Shown piece after piece: positions 46,205-54,124 of a stretch of DNA of 64,000 bases. Positions within the stretch are counted from its first letter, which is position 1; each line of letters begins with the position of its first letter. The DNA is from Bacteroidaceae bacterium (lineage in GTDB: Bacteria; Bacteroidota; Bacteroidia; Bacteroidales; Bacteroidaceae). The DNA lies in contig JAZRMX010000026.1 of NCBI GenBank assembly GCA_045647885.1, positions 54,487 through 118,486 of the forward strand, read 5' to 3'. The notes below the pieces were generated by a model. It was not told where the DNA came from. It saw only the letters and a list, made by a program, of their open reading frames with translations, and made no database searches. The translations under genes and the position numbers were made by a program.

Positions 46205-46454
46205 AATTAAATCTGTTGTTATATCTTTTGTGTTTTCTTCTATTTTTATTATGTTTGTCGCGGATTTTATTGAAATAGCCTTTTTTAGCTGTATATTCTG
46301 CTGTTTTTCCCGTTTTTTTGGTAAAATAGCTGTTTATGGCTGCAAATATAATCTTATATTCGTTAATATTTGTTGCGAAATTAACCCAATTAGCAAAAAA
46401 TGGCTATTTTAAAATGATTCTAAATAATGTGCAGAAACAAAGAATAGCAGAAAG

Positions 46455-47087
46455 ATGGAAGGTAGTATCAAGGAGAGAATATTGAGTGTTTTCAAGTTCA
46501 AGAATATGAATGTAAACAGGGCAAGCCGTCTGCTCGGGATTCCCCAGCGTACACTCAACAGGCAGGTCAACGAGGATGGCAAGGTGGGTATGGAACTGGT
46601 GTATTCATTGCTAAATGTATTTACCGATATTTCCCCTTCGTGGTTGCTGTTGGGGCAGGGCGAAATGTTTGTCGATGCCGACGTTATGTTGGCTCCTTCG
46701 GGCGCTGCGCCTTTTTACAGCAACCTACCGGTTACAGCAGGGCATTACGATGCCTTTGATCCTGCAAGAGAGAAACCTACCGGGTATATCTCAATGCCAG
46801 GTCTCTCGGCTCAGTTTTATTTTCCTGTTTTTGGAACATCTATGGAGCCCGAGATTTATTCGGGCGATATAGTGGGCGTGAACAGGGTTGATTCCTTGCG
46901 CGACATTGACCCCGACAAGATATATATGATTGTCACCAATGAGTCGCGTATGATAAAGCGTTGCCACTCCGACGAGAATGACGACTCTGTAATGTGGTGC
47001 GTCTCTCCAAACTATCCATCGTTCAAGATAAATAAAAAGGATATTTGTGCAATGTTTCACGTAGTGAACAGAATAGAAAGGCTTTAG
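46455..47087 (+). CDS. LexA/CI-type repressor (XRE-like HTH + S24 peptidase)
   Basis: HTH 'NVNRASRLLGIPQRTLNRQVN'. S24 catalytic region 'FGTSMEPEIYSGDIVGV' (Ser) and 'RMIKRC' (Lys). Confidence 0.8.
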   Translation: MEGSIKERILSVFKFKNMNVNRASRLLGIPQRTLNRQVNEDGKVGMELVYSLLNVFTDISPSWLLLGQGEMFVDADVMLAPSGAAPFYSNLPVTAGHYDAFDPAREKPTGYISMPGLSAQFYFPVFGTSMEPEIYSGDIVGVNRVDSLRDIDPDKIYMIVTNESRMIKRCHSDENDDSVMWCVSPNYPSFKINKKDICAMFHVVNRIERL

Positions 47088-47103
47088 TCTTTCTATTTTT
47101 TTT
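47072..47103 (+). terminator. intrinsic terminator after the repressor gene; right edge of the block
   Basis: AATAGAAAG-gctttagt-CTTTCTATT followed by a T-run. Confidence 0.75.
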
Positions 47104-47211
47104 ATCCTCACATCTGTTGCGCTTTCCGCTATACTCAGCACCCACTTTGCGGGCAAAAGAGTACCGATGTAAAATATTCTCCTTTTTTTATTGTTTTCTC
47201 AACATTCTTGC

Positions 47212-47219
47212 TATCTTTG
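47212..47219 (+). promoter_or_regulatory. -7 box TAtcTTTG upstream of the MORN gene
   Basis: TATCTTTG matches TAnnTTTG and lies 72 nt before ATG 47291. Confidence 0.45.
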
Positions 47220-47290
47220 CGGTAGCAACCGCTGTAAATGCAGCTCTTGTTGTGAGCTGTTGGCAGAGTGCTACTAATGAATGGTTATCA

Positions 47291-48472
47291 ATGAAGTTTA
47301 ATATAATAATTTCTCTTTTTATGCTGTGTCTGCCGTTTGTTGCGGTGTCACAGAATCTTACCACGCAGTCCAATACATCTACGCCTGTACGCGAAATGGT
47401 TGACGATGCGATTAGAAACTCCTTGAATGCAAAAACTTTAACGCTTAAGGGCGGTGTGAAGTATACCGGTGAGGTAAAGGGTAAAAAACCGAACGGGTAT
47501 GGCCGTGCCGAATACCCTAACGGAGATGTCTATGAAGGACATTTCTCACGTGGAGTGCGTCAGGGATTGGGCATATATACCTATGCCGACGGCGAACGCT
47601 ACGAGGGCGCTTTTGTCGACGGCAGACAGCACGGCAAAGGAACCTGCTATTTTGTCGATGGTAAGGTGTACAACGGTTTTTGGGAATTTGATTTTCAGCA
47701 AGGCTATGGCAAGATGACATATCCTAACGGTGATATCTATGTCGGCTCGTGGAGTGGTGACAAGCGCGATGGCAATGGTAGTTATTTCTTCGCTTCGGGC
47801 GAATCCTATTCCGGTGACTGGAAAGAGGACCGATACAACGGTACCGGTACCTTTGTGTGGCAGGACAGTTGCCGTTACGACGGCGGGTGGAAAAACGGTC
47901 TGCGTAGCGGTGAAGGCAGTTACCGTTACTCAAATGGTGATGAATATCGTGGTGCTTGGCTAAATGATGTCCGTCACGGTAAAGGTGTCTACATCTTTGC
48001 CGACAGCTGCCGTTACGAGGGTGACTATGTTAACGGAATGTGGCACGGCAGGGGTATCTTCGTCGATGCCGACGGTACGCTCTATGAGGGTGGTTTTTCC
48101 GAAGGGCTTCGCCATGGATTGGGAACTATGAAATACCCCGATGGTGCCGTGTATAATGGCGAATGGCTCGATGGTGAGCGTTCGGGCAAAGGAAAATACA
48201 CCTGGGCGAACGGTGATGTCTACGAGGGCGACTGGAGCGACGATACTATGAACGGGCAGGGAATCCTGCGCCTTGCCGATGGAAGAAAGTACCGTGGCGG
48301 GTTCTTGAATGGTGAGGAACACGGAAATGGCGTGGCAGTTGATGTCGATGGCACACGCTACGAAGGAACCTTTGAGGAGGGGCAGCGTCACGGGAAATTT
48401 ATTGTAAAGGATACAACCGGAAAAATAATAAGAGAGTGTGTGTATAATTTAGGAACAGTAAGTATAAAATAA
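47291..48472 (+). CDS. secreted MORN-repeat protein (about 14 repeats)
   Basis: Signal peptide 'MKFNIIISLFMLCLPFVAVSQN'. Fourteen 23-aa 'Y.G.[WF]..[GD]...G.G' units were counted. The start is moved from 47045 to ATG 47291. Confidence 0.85.
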   Translation: MKFNIIISLFMLCLPFVAVSQNLTTQSNTSTPVREMVDDAIRNSLNAKTLTLKGGVKYTGEVKGKKPNGYGRAEYPNGDVYEGHFSRGVRQGLGIYTYADGERYEGAFVDGRQHGKGTCYFVDGKVYNGFWEFDFQQGYGKMTYPNGDIYVGSWSGDKRDGNGSYFFASGESYSGDWKEDRYNGTGTFVWQDSCRYDGGWKNGLRSGEGSYRYSNGDEYRGAWLNDVRHGKGVYIFADSCRYEGDYVNGMWHGRGIFVDADGTLYEGGFSEGLRHGLGTMKYPDGAVYNGEWLDGERSGKGKYTWANGDVYEGDWSDDTMNGQGILRLADGRKYRGGFLNGEEHGNGVAVDVDGTRYEGTFEEGQRHGKFIVKDTTGKIIRECVYNLGTVSIK

Positions 48473-48482
48473 AACAACGACT

Positions 48483-48932
48483 ATGATACTTGATTCACTT
48501 AAAAATTTGAGAAATTATGAGGGTTTGCACCCTAATTTCGCAAAAGCGATGGATTTTTTGCTGAACAGCGATTTGAAGAATCTTCCTCTCGGCCGTAATG
48601 AAATTTGCGGTGACGAGATTTTTGCAAACGTGATGGAGGCCCAGCCCCGTACAAAAGAGGAGGTACCCGTGGAGGTGCATCGCAAGTATATTGATATACA
48701 GGTGCCCATTTCGGGTGACGAGGTTATGGGATATACTCCGCTTGAGCAGTTGCCCTCTTGTGAATACAGCGAAGCCAACGATGTGGCTCTCTATCCCGTG
48801 GGTATGTTGGCTGCAAGCTACTTTGAGGTAAAGAACACAATGTTTACAATCTTCTTCCCGCAGGATGGGCACGCACCCGCGGTGACACCTATTCCTGTAA
48901 AGAAGATTATTGTGAAGATAGCTGTAGGCTGA
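48483..48932 (+). CDS. YhcH/YjgK/YiaL (DUF386) family protein
   Basis: 'HRKYIDIQVPISGDEVMGY' and 'FFPQDGHAP'; 149 aa. Confidence 0.8.
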   Translation: MILDSLKNLRNYEGLHPNFAKAMDFLLNSDLKNLPLGRNEICGDEIFANVMEAQPRTKEEVPVEVHRKYIDIQVPISGDEVMGYTPLEQLPSCEYSEANDVALYPVGMLAASYFEVKNTMFTIFFPQDGHAPAVTPIPVKKIIVKIAVG

Positions 48933-48981
48933 CTCTTATCAAAACAATTTTAATTTAAAAACAAACTAATCTTTTAATATT

Positions 48982-50988
48982 ATGCTGAAACTTGTAGAAC
49001 GCGATGGTTATTTGGCTCCTTTTAACCTGGACATCGATGCTCGTTATCGTTATTTCCTGAAAAGGGAGAGAGAATTGACAAAGAACGGCCGACAGACATT
49101 GTCGGGTTTTGCTTCGGGTTATTTATATTTCGGCCTCCACAAGACTGCAACAGGGTGGGTGTTCCGTGAGTGGGCTCCAAATGCAACGAAGATTGTGTTG
49201 ATTGGAGATTTCTCGAACTGGGAAGAACTTCCCGAGTATGAGCTCAAACAACTTGCCGGTGGTGTGTGGGAGCGTCGTCTGCCTAAAAAAGCGTTGCAGC
49301 ACGGCCAGCATTATAAAATGAAAGTATACTGGAACGGCGGTTGCGGTGAGCGTATCCCGGCTTGGGTGCGCCGTGTAGTGCAGGACGATGCTACAAAAAT
49401 CTTCAGCGCCCAGGTGTGGGCTCCTGAGGAGGAGTATGTATTCAAGAACAAGAAATTTACTCCCAAACGCACACCGCTTCTCATTTATGAGTGCCACGTA
49501 GGTATGTCGCAGGAGGAGGAAAAAGTTGGCACATACCGCGAGTTCAAGGATAATGTATTGCCCCGTGTTGCTGCCGACGGCTATAACTGCATTCAGATTA
49601 TGGCTATTCAGGAGCATCCCTATTATGGTAGCTTCGGTTATCACGTGTCGAATTTCTTTGCTCCCTCGTCACGTTTCGGTACACCCGAGGAGTTGAAGGA
49701 ACTTATTGATACAGCTCACGGAATGGGTATCTCTGTTATTATGGACCTTGTTCACTCGCACGCTGTAAAGAATGAGATGGAGGGCTTGGGACTGCTCGAC
49801 GGCGACCCGGCGCAGTATTTCCACAATGGCGACCGTCGCGTGCATAACGCTTGGGATTCTTTGTGCTTTGACTATGGCAAGAACGAGGTTGTTCACTTCC
49901 TTTTGTCGAACTGTAAATATTGGCTTGAGGAGTTTAAGTTCGATGGCTTCCGTTTCGACGGTGTTACATCTATGATATATTACAGCCACGGTTTAGGAGA
50001 ATCGTTCTGTGGTTATGGCGACTATTACAACGGTCATCAGGATGGTGATGCTATTTGCTATCTCACGCTTGCCAACAGACTCATACACGAGATAAATCCC
50101 AAGGCGATAACCATTGCCGAGGAGGTTTCCGGTATGCCCGGTCTTGCAGCTCCCATTGAGGATGGCGGTTATGGATTCGATTATCGTATGGCGATGAATA
50201 TCCCCGATTTCTGGATAAAGATAATCAAGGAGCGTAAGGATGAGGATTGGAAGCCTTCGGAGATTTTCTGGGAGCTGACTAACCGTCGTAAGGATGAGCA
50301 GACTATCTCTTATGCCGAGAGTCACGACCAGGCTCTTGTGGGTGATAAGACTATAATCTTCCGCTTGATTGATGCCGATATGTACTGGCACTTCAACCGT
50401 GGCGACGAGACGGGTACAGTGACTCGTGGTATTGCTCTCCATAAGATGATTCGTATGATGACTCTTGCTACGATAAACGGTGGTTATCTGAACTTTATGG
50501 GTAACGAGTTCGGTCATCCCGAATGGATTGACTTCCCGCGCGAGGGCAATGGCTGGAGCCATAAATACGCCCGTCGCCAGTGGAGTCTTGTGGATAACCC
50601 CAACTATAATTATACACTCCTTGGAAAATTCGACGAGGAGCTTGTGAAACTTGTAGGCGGTGTGCGCAACTTCCAGAACCGTCCCGTGCAGGAGGTTTGG
50701 CACAACGACGGCGACCAGGTGCTTGCCTTCTCGCGTAAGGATCTGATATTTGTCTTCAATTTCAGCCCCACACGCTCGTTTACCGATTACGGCTTGTTGG
50801 TGCCCGAAGGCTCTTACTCAATTGTACTTAATACCGACTCGGAACGCTTCGGTGGCAATGCGCTTGTTGATGAGACACAGACCCACTTTACACAGTATGA
50901 TAAATTGCACGCTCGTCGCAAGAAGGGCTGGTTGATGCTTTATCTCCCTGCACGTACTGCGATGGTGCTTAAAAAGAATAAAGAATAA
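48982..50988 (+). CDS. glgB: 1,4-alpha-glucan branching enzyme (GH13)
   Basis: GH13 regions 'IMDLVHSHA', 'FDGFRFDGVTSM', 'IAEEVSGMPG' and 'YAESHDQALVGD'. Confidence 0.9.
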   Translation: MLKLVERDGYLAPFNLDIDARYRYFLKRERELTKNGRQTLSGFASGYLYFGLHKTATGWVFREWAPNATKIVLIGDFSNWEELPEYELKQLAGGVWERRLPKKALQHGQHYKMKVYWNGGCGERIPAWVRRVVQDDATKIFSAQVWAPEEEYVFKNKKFTPKRTPLLIYECHVGMSQEEEKVGTYREFKDNVLPRVAADGYNCIQIMAIQEHPYYGSFGYHVSNFFAPSSRFGTPEELKELIDTAHGMGISVIMDLVHSHAVKNEMEGLGLLDGDPAQYFHNGDRRVHNAWDSLCFDYGKNEVVHFLLSNCKYWLEEFKFDGFRFDGVTSMIYYSHGLGESFCGYGDYYNGHQDGDAICYLTLANRLIHEINPKAITIAEEVSGMPGLAAPIEDGGYGFDYRMAMNIPDFWIKIIKERKDEDWKPSEIFWELTNRRKDEQTISYAESHDQALVGDKTIIFRLIDADMYWHFNRGDETGTVTRGIALHKMIRMMTLATINGGYLNFMGNEFGHPEWIDFPREGNGWSHKYARRQWSLVDNPNYNYTLLGKFDEELVKLVGGVRNFQNRPVQEVWHNDGDQVLAFSRKDLIFVFNFSPTRSFTDYGLLVPEGSYSIVLNTDSERFGGNALVDETQTHFTQYDKLHARRKKGWLMLYLPARTAMVLKKNKE

Positions 50989-50991
50989 ACT

Positions 50992-52137
50992 ATGAGAAAC
51001 GCCGGAGAGAAACGTCTGCAGAACTTTATCACGTTTTTCTGTGTTTTAGTTTTTGCGCTGTTCTGTTTTGTTTTTGTCGCAGTGTATAAGTCCTCCGAGA
51101 TAGAGGTGGTGTATGACTGCGTGGCAACTGGCAAATTGTCTTACAACGGATATGTTCTCTCGGGTGTAGTCACGCTACTGCTGTCGGGCCTGGCATTGTG
51201 GTTGAACCGCTTTGTCGGGTTCCGGCGCGAGTGGACTGCTATGGCATTCCTTCCCTCGGCTCTTGTGCTGGCATTTCTTACCGATATAGACCGCTCCTTC
51301 TTTGTGGGAGGTAAGGAATATGGTGGGTGGTATGCTGCTTTTATTGTCGGGCTGTTGCTTTATTTGCTCTCCTCGTTTGTGCTGAACAGGATGCTGCCCG
51401 AAAAAATAAAAGACCCATCAATGGCAGCCAACCGCATTGTATGGCGTAATCTTATACTCTTTGTGCTTATGTTCCTCTCTGTAGGTTGCCTGTCGGGTGG
51501 TGACAAGAGTTTTCGTCGCGAAGCCCTTCAGTATAAATATCTTAAAAAGGGGGATATTGATGCTGCGCTTGCCGTGGGTGAGCATTCACCGATAGCGTCG
51601 CAGCAGCTCTCTGCACAAAGGGCATATCTGCTTTCTGTGAAAGGGGAACTTGCCGGGCATTTCTTTGATTATCCTGTATATTTTGGTGCCGAAGGTTTGT
51701 TGCCTGCGCTTGAAAAAGATGCGCCGATAAACCCCGATACAATTTATTCCCATATTGGTGGCGTACGCAATTCTGGTGAGAGTTCTCTGGGCTATCTTTC
51801 GCGTGTGGCATCGTCGGGTGATGGGGTAGTGGCCGCAGACTATTATCTGACTGCTCTGCTTGCGGAAAGACGTCTTGTCGATTTTGTCGATAAGGTGTTT
51901 GAATTCTATAAAGTGGCCGATTGCAACAAGCTTCCCAAGCATTATAAAGAGGCTTTGGTGCTTTACTCATACATCGCTCCGGAATTCGATATGGTGCCCG
52001 ATGAGCCCGAAATGAAAAAACGCTTTCAGGATATGATGGAGCGCGCACAGGAGTGTGGCGATACTTTTGCCTGCTCCTGTCTGTTGCATCCATTCTATGG
52101 CGACACATACTGGTGGTATTTCTTCTATGGCTATTGA
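50992..52137 (+). CDS. membrane protein of unknown function (381 aa)
   Basis: About 5 N-terminal TM segments followed by a soluble C-terminal half. Starts 3 nt after glgB. Confidence 0.65.
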   Translation: MRNAGEKRLQNFITFFCVLVFALFCFVFVAVYKSSEIEVVYDCVATGKLSYNGYVLSGVVTLLLSGLALWLNRFVGFRREWTAMAFLPSALVLAFLTDIDRSFFVGGKEYGGWYAAFIVGLLLYLLSSFVLNRMLPEKIKDPSMAANRIVWRNLILFVLMFLSVGCLSGGDKSFRREALQYKYLKKGDIDAALAVGEHSPIASQQLSAQRAYLLSVKGELAGHFFDYPVYFGAEGLLPALEKDAPINPDTIYSHIGGVRNSGESSLGYLSRVASSGDGVVAADYYLTALLAERRLVDFVDKVFEFYKVADCNKLPKHYKEALVLYSYIAPEFDMVPDEPEMKKRFQDMMERAQECGDTFACSCLLHPFYGDTYWWYFFYGY

Positions 52138-52330
52138 TGCTTTTTGTTGTTAAAAAAGTAGAAATAGTCGACTGATTATGCCACTTTGTAGAGAAGTATG
52201 TTTTAAATTTTGCCAAGTGAAAAAACTTGAATAAATTCGCAATGTGATGAAAGCGTTTATTAACGCATTAGTTTTTGAAATATCAGTTATGATAGTATAG
52301 TTTTTTCTTAGTTGTTTAGTAAATGTTGGA

Positions 52331-52362
52331 AGTGCTGCTTTGTGAAAAGCGGCACTTTTTTT
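52331..52362 (+). terminator. orphan intrinsic-terminator-like hairpin in a long intergenic region
   Basis: AGTGCTGCTT-tgtga-AAGCGGCACT (one G-U pair) followed by TTTTTTT. It lies about 195 nt after the nearest upstream stop. Confidence 0.5.
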
Positions 52363-52671
52363 ATTCCTTGTTCTTTGGTTTCTCTTCTTGTTGTGGTCGC
52401 TGAAGTTTACAAAATTCAATATATTTATATAAATTTATAATATTAGTGTGCAAAACTTGCTGTCGGTTGGCTGGAATGTGGATATTTTGTTGTAATTTTG
52501 TAAACGGATGAATATGCTTTGTTCGCAAGTGTGCTGCGGTGCCCGGCGGTTGGGGTGAAAGAATCTTTTTCTGCTAATCAACCGGTTATGGCATAAACGT
52601 TTCGCAGGGATGTGGTGTGTTCACCTTTTTTTGACAGTAGACGAATAAAATATTAAATATTTACATAAATT

Positions 52672-53262
52672 ATGGATAACAAAATTCAAGAATTGACCGA
52701 AAAGATCTATGCCGAAGGTGTAGAGAAGGGTAAGGCCGAAGCAGAGCGTCTCATTGCTGATGCTCAGGCGAAAGCAGAGGCTATTGTAAAAGAGGCTCAG
52801 GCTAAAGCTGACGCAATGATTGCAGCAGCTCAGAAGGGCGCAGAGGATTTGAACGCAAATACCCGTTCAGAACTTAAGCTCTATGGCGCACAGGCTGTTG
52901 GAGCTCTTAAGTCGGAAATTGCATCGGCAATAACCGATTCTGTTGTGAAGGCTGCCGTTAAAGAGGCTGCAAGTGGCGATGCTCTCAAGGCTGTTATCGT
53001 TAAAATAGCAGAGCGTTGGAGTGCAAACGAGTCGCTTGTTATATCAACAAACGAGGCTGCCGAGCTCAAAGCTTTCTTTGCAGCAAAGGCAAAGGCTCTC
53101 CTCGACAAAGGTGTGGAGATACAGCAGGTGAATGGTAAGAAAGCTACTTTCTCAATAGCTCCTGCCGATGGCTCATACAAAGTGAACTTCGGAGAGGGTG
53201 AGTTCGAGGCATTCTTCAACTCTTTCCTCCGTCCCCAAATGGTTGAACTTCTATTTTCATAA
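52672..53262 (+). CDS. ntpE: V-type ATPase subunit E
   Basis: 'IYAEGVEKGKAEAERLIADAQAKAEAIVKEAQ' coiled-coil N-terminus. First gene of the operon. Confidence 0.8.
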   Translation: MDNKIQELTEKIYAEGVEKGKAEAERLIADAQAKAEAIVKEAQAKADAMIAAAQKGAEDLNANTRSELKLYGAQAVGALKSEIASAITDSVVKAAVKEAASGDALKAVIVKIAERWSANESLVISTNEAAELKAFFAAKAKALLDKGVEIQQVNGKKATFSIAPADGSYKVNFGEGEFEAFFNSFLRPQMVELLFS

Positions 53263-53265
53263 GCA

Positions 53266-54099
53266 ATGAGCAATTACCACTATTTGGTTGCGGGCTTGCC
53301 CGATATTGCTTTCGATGGCGGTAAGGTTGTCTACACGATAGACAACTTTAAAGAGGATGTTTACCCTGCGCTCTCGGCAACCGATGCCAAATACATAGAT
53401 CTCTTTTTCCTCGCGTGGGACAATGAGAATATGATAAAATTGCTGCGAGAGGGTAGTGAAGCTCCTCTTGAACGCACAGGCTGTTACTCTCGCGAGGAAC
53501 TTTTGGAAATTATCGAGTCGGCAAAAAATGGCGATTCTCGTAATGCCGAAGTTCCTGCATACTTGTACGATTTCTTGAATTTTTATTTCGAGAACGAACA
53601 GGTAGAGAACGCTATGTGGCCCGATGTGCTAAGTGCTCGCTATTACAATTATGCAACCGCAGTGCCTAATAAATTCCTGGCAGGCTGGTTCGCCTTCAAT
53701 CAGAATGTAAACAACCTGCTTGTAGCTATGCTGGCCCGTAAATACAAATTGGGAGTAGCCGATGTGGTTGTTGGTGATGGTGAAATAGCAGAAGCTATAC
53801 GTAACTCGGCAGCACGCGATTTTGGTCTTTCCGGAACATTGGACTACATAGAAAAAATCCAGCGTCTTAGCGAGAACGACCAGTTGCAGGAGCGTGAACA
53901 CCAGCTCGACGAAATGCGTTGGGCTTGGCTCGAAGAGAACTCTGTGTTCAACTATTTTACCGTTGAACGCCTCTTTGTGTTCTTGCAGAAACTCGATATA
54001 ATAGCGCGATGGGCAAAGCTTGACAGCGAGAAAGGTATGCAGCGTTATACCGAACTTATCGACGAGTTGAAGGGTGGTCTTGAACTGCCGACAGTTTAA
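53266..54099 (+). CDS. DUF2764 protein (V-ATPase subunit C-like)
   Basis: 'YHYLVAGLPD' N-terminus. Its position between E and A is typical of Bacteroidota V-ATPase operons. Confidence 0.7.
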   Translation: MSNYHYLVAGLPDIAFDGGKVVYTIDNFKEDVYPALSATDAKYIDLFFLAWDNENMIKLLREGSEAPLERTGCYSREELLEIIESAKNGDSRNAEVPAYLYDFLNFYFENEQVENAMWPDVLSARYYNYATAVPNKFLAGWFAFNQNVNNLLVAMLARKYKLGVADVVVGDGEIAEAIRNSAARDFGLSGTLDYIEKIQRLSENDQLQEREHQLDEMRWAWLEENSVFNYFTVERLFVFLQKLDIIARWAKLDSEKGMQRYTELIDELKGGLELPTV

Positions 54100-54124
54100 A
54101 AGAATGTAAATTGAAATTAAAGAT

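Larger units (their letters stand above)
33617..47103. mobile_element. phage-derived capsid/DNA-packaging block (defective prophage, satellite or domesticated GTA-like element); boundaries approximate
   Basis: Holds terminase, scaffold-like, capsid-like, holin-like and spanin-like genes plus an S24 repressor. Ordinary chromosomal genes and strong terminators flank it. No integrase or att repeats were found by eye. Confidence 0.6.

Noticed and set aside
46230-46412. 60-aa Phe-rich ORF in the repressor switch region
   Set aside because: Its composition simply reflects T-rich intergenic DNA. It overlaps the putative promoter and operator motifs.
47045-47290. Upstream extension of the MORN ORF overlapping the repressor gene and its terminator
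   Set aside because: It reads through a terminator and a -7 box. A clean signal peptide starts at ATG 47291.
33560-47300. Possible att direct repeats at the edges of the phage-like block
   Set aside because: I compared about 80 nt on each side of both boundaries by eye and found no shared stretch of 10 nt or more. A proper dot-plot could still reveal short att cores.
49993-50703. 236-aa ORF antisense to glgB
   Set aside because: It is a shadow ORF. The GH13 catalytic regions are on the plus strand.
52150-52419. 89-aa minus-strand ORF in the spacer before the V-ATPase operon
   Set aside because: It is AT-rich and low-complexity, with no leader or terminator context. The region is better explained as non-coding.
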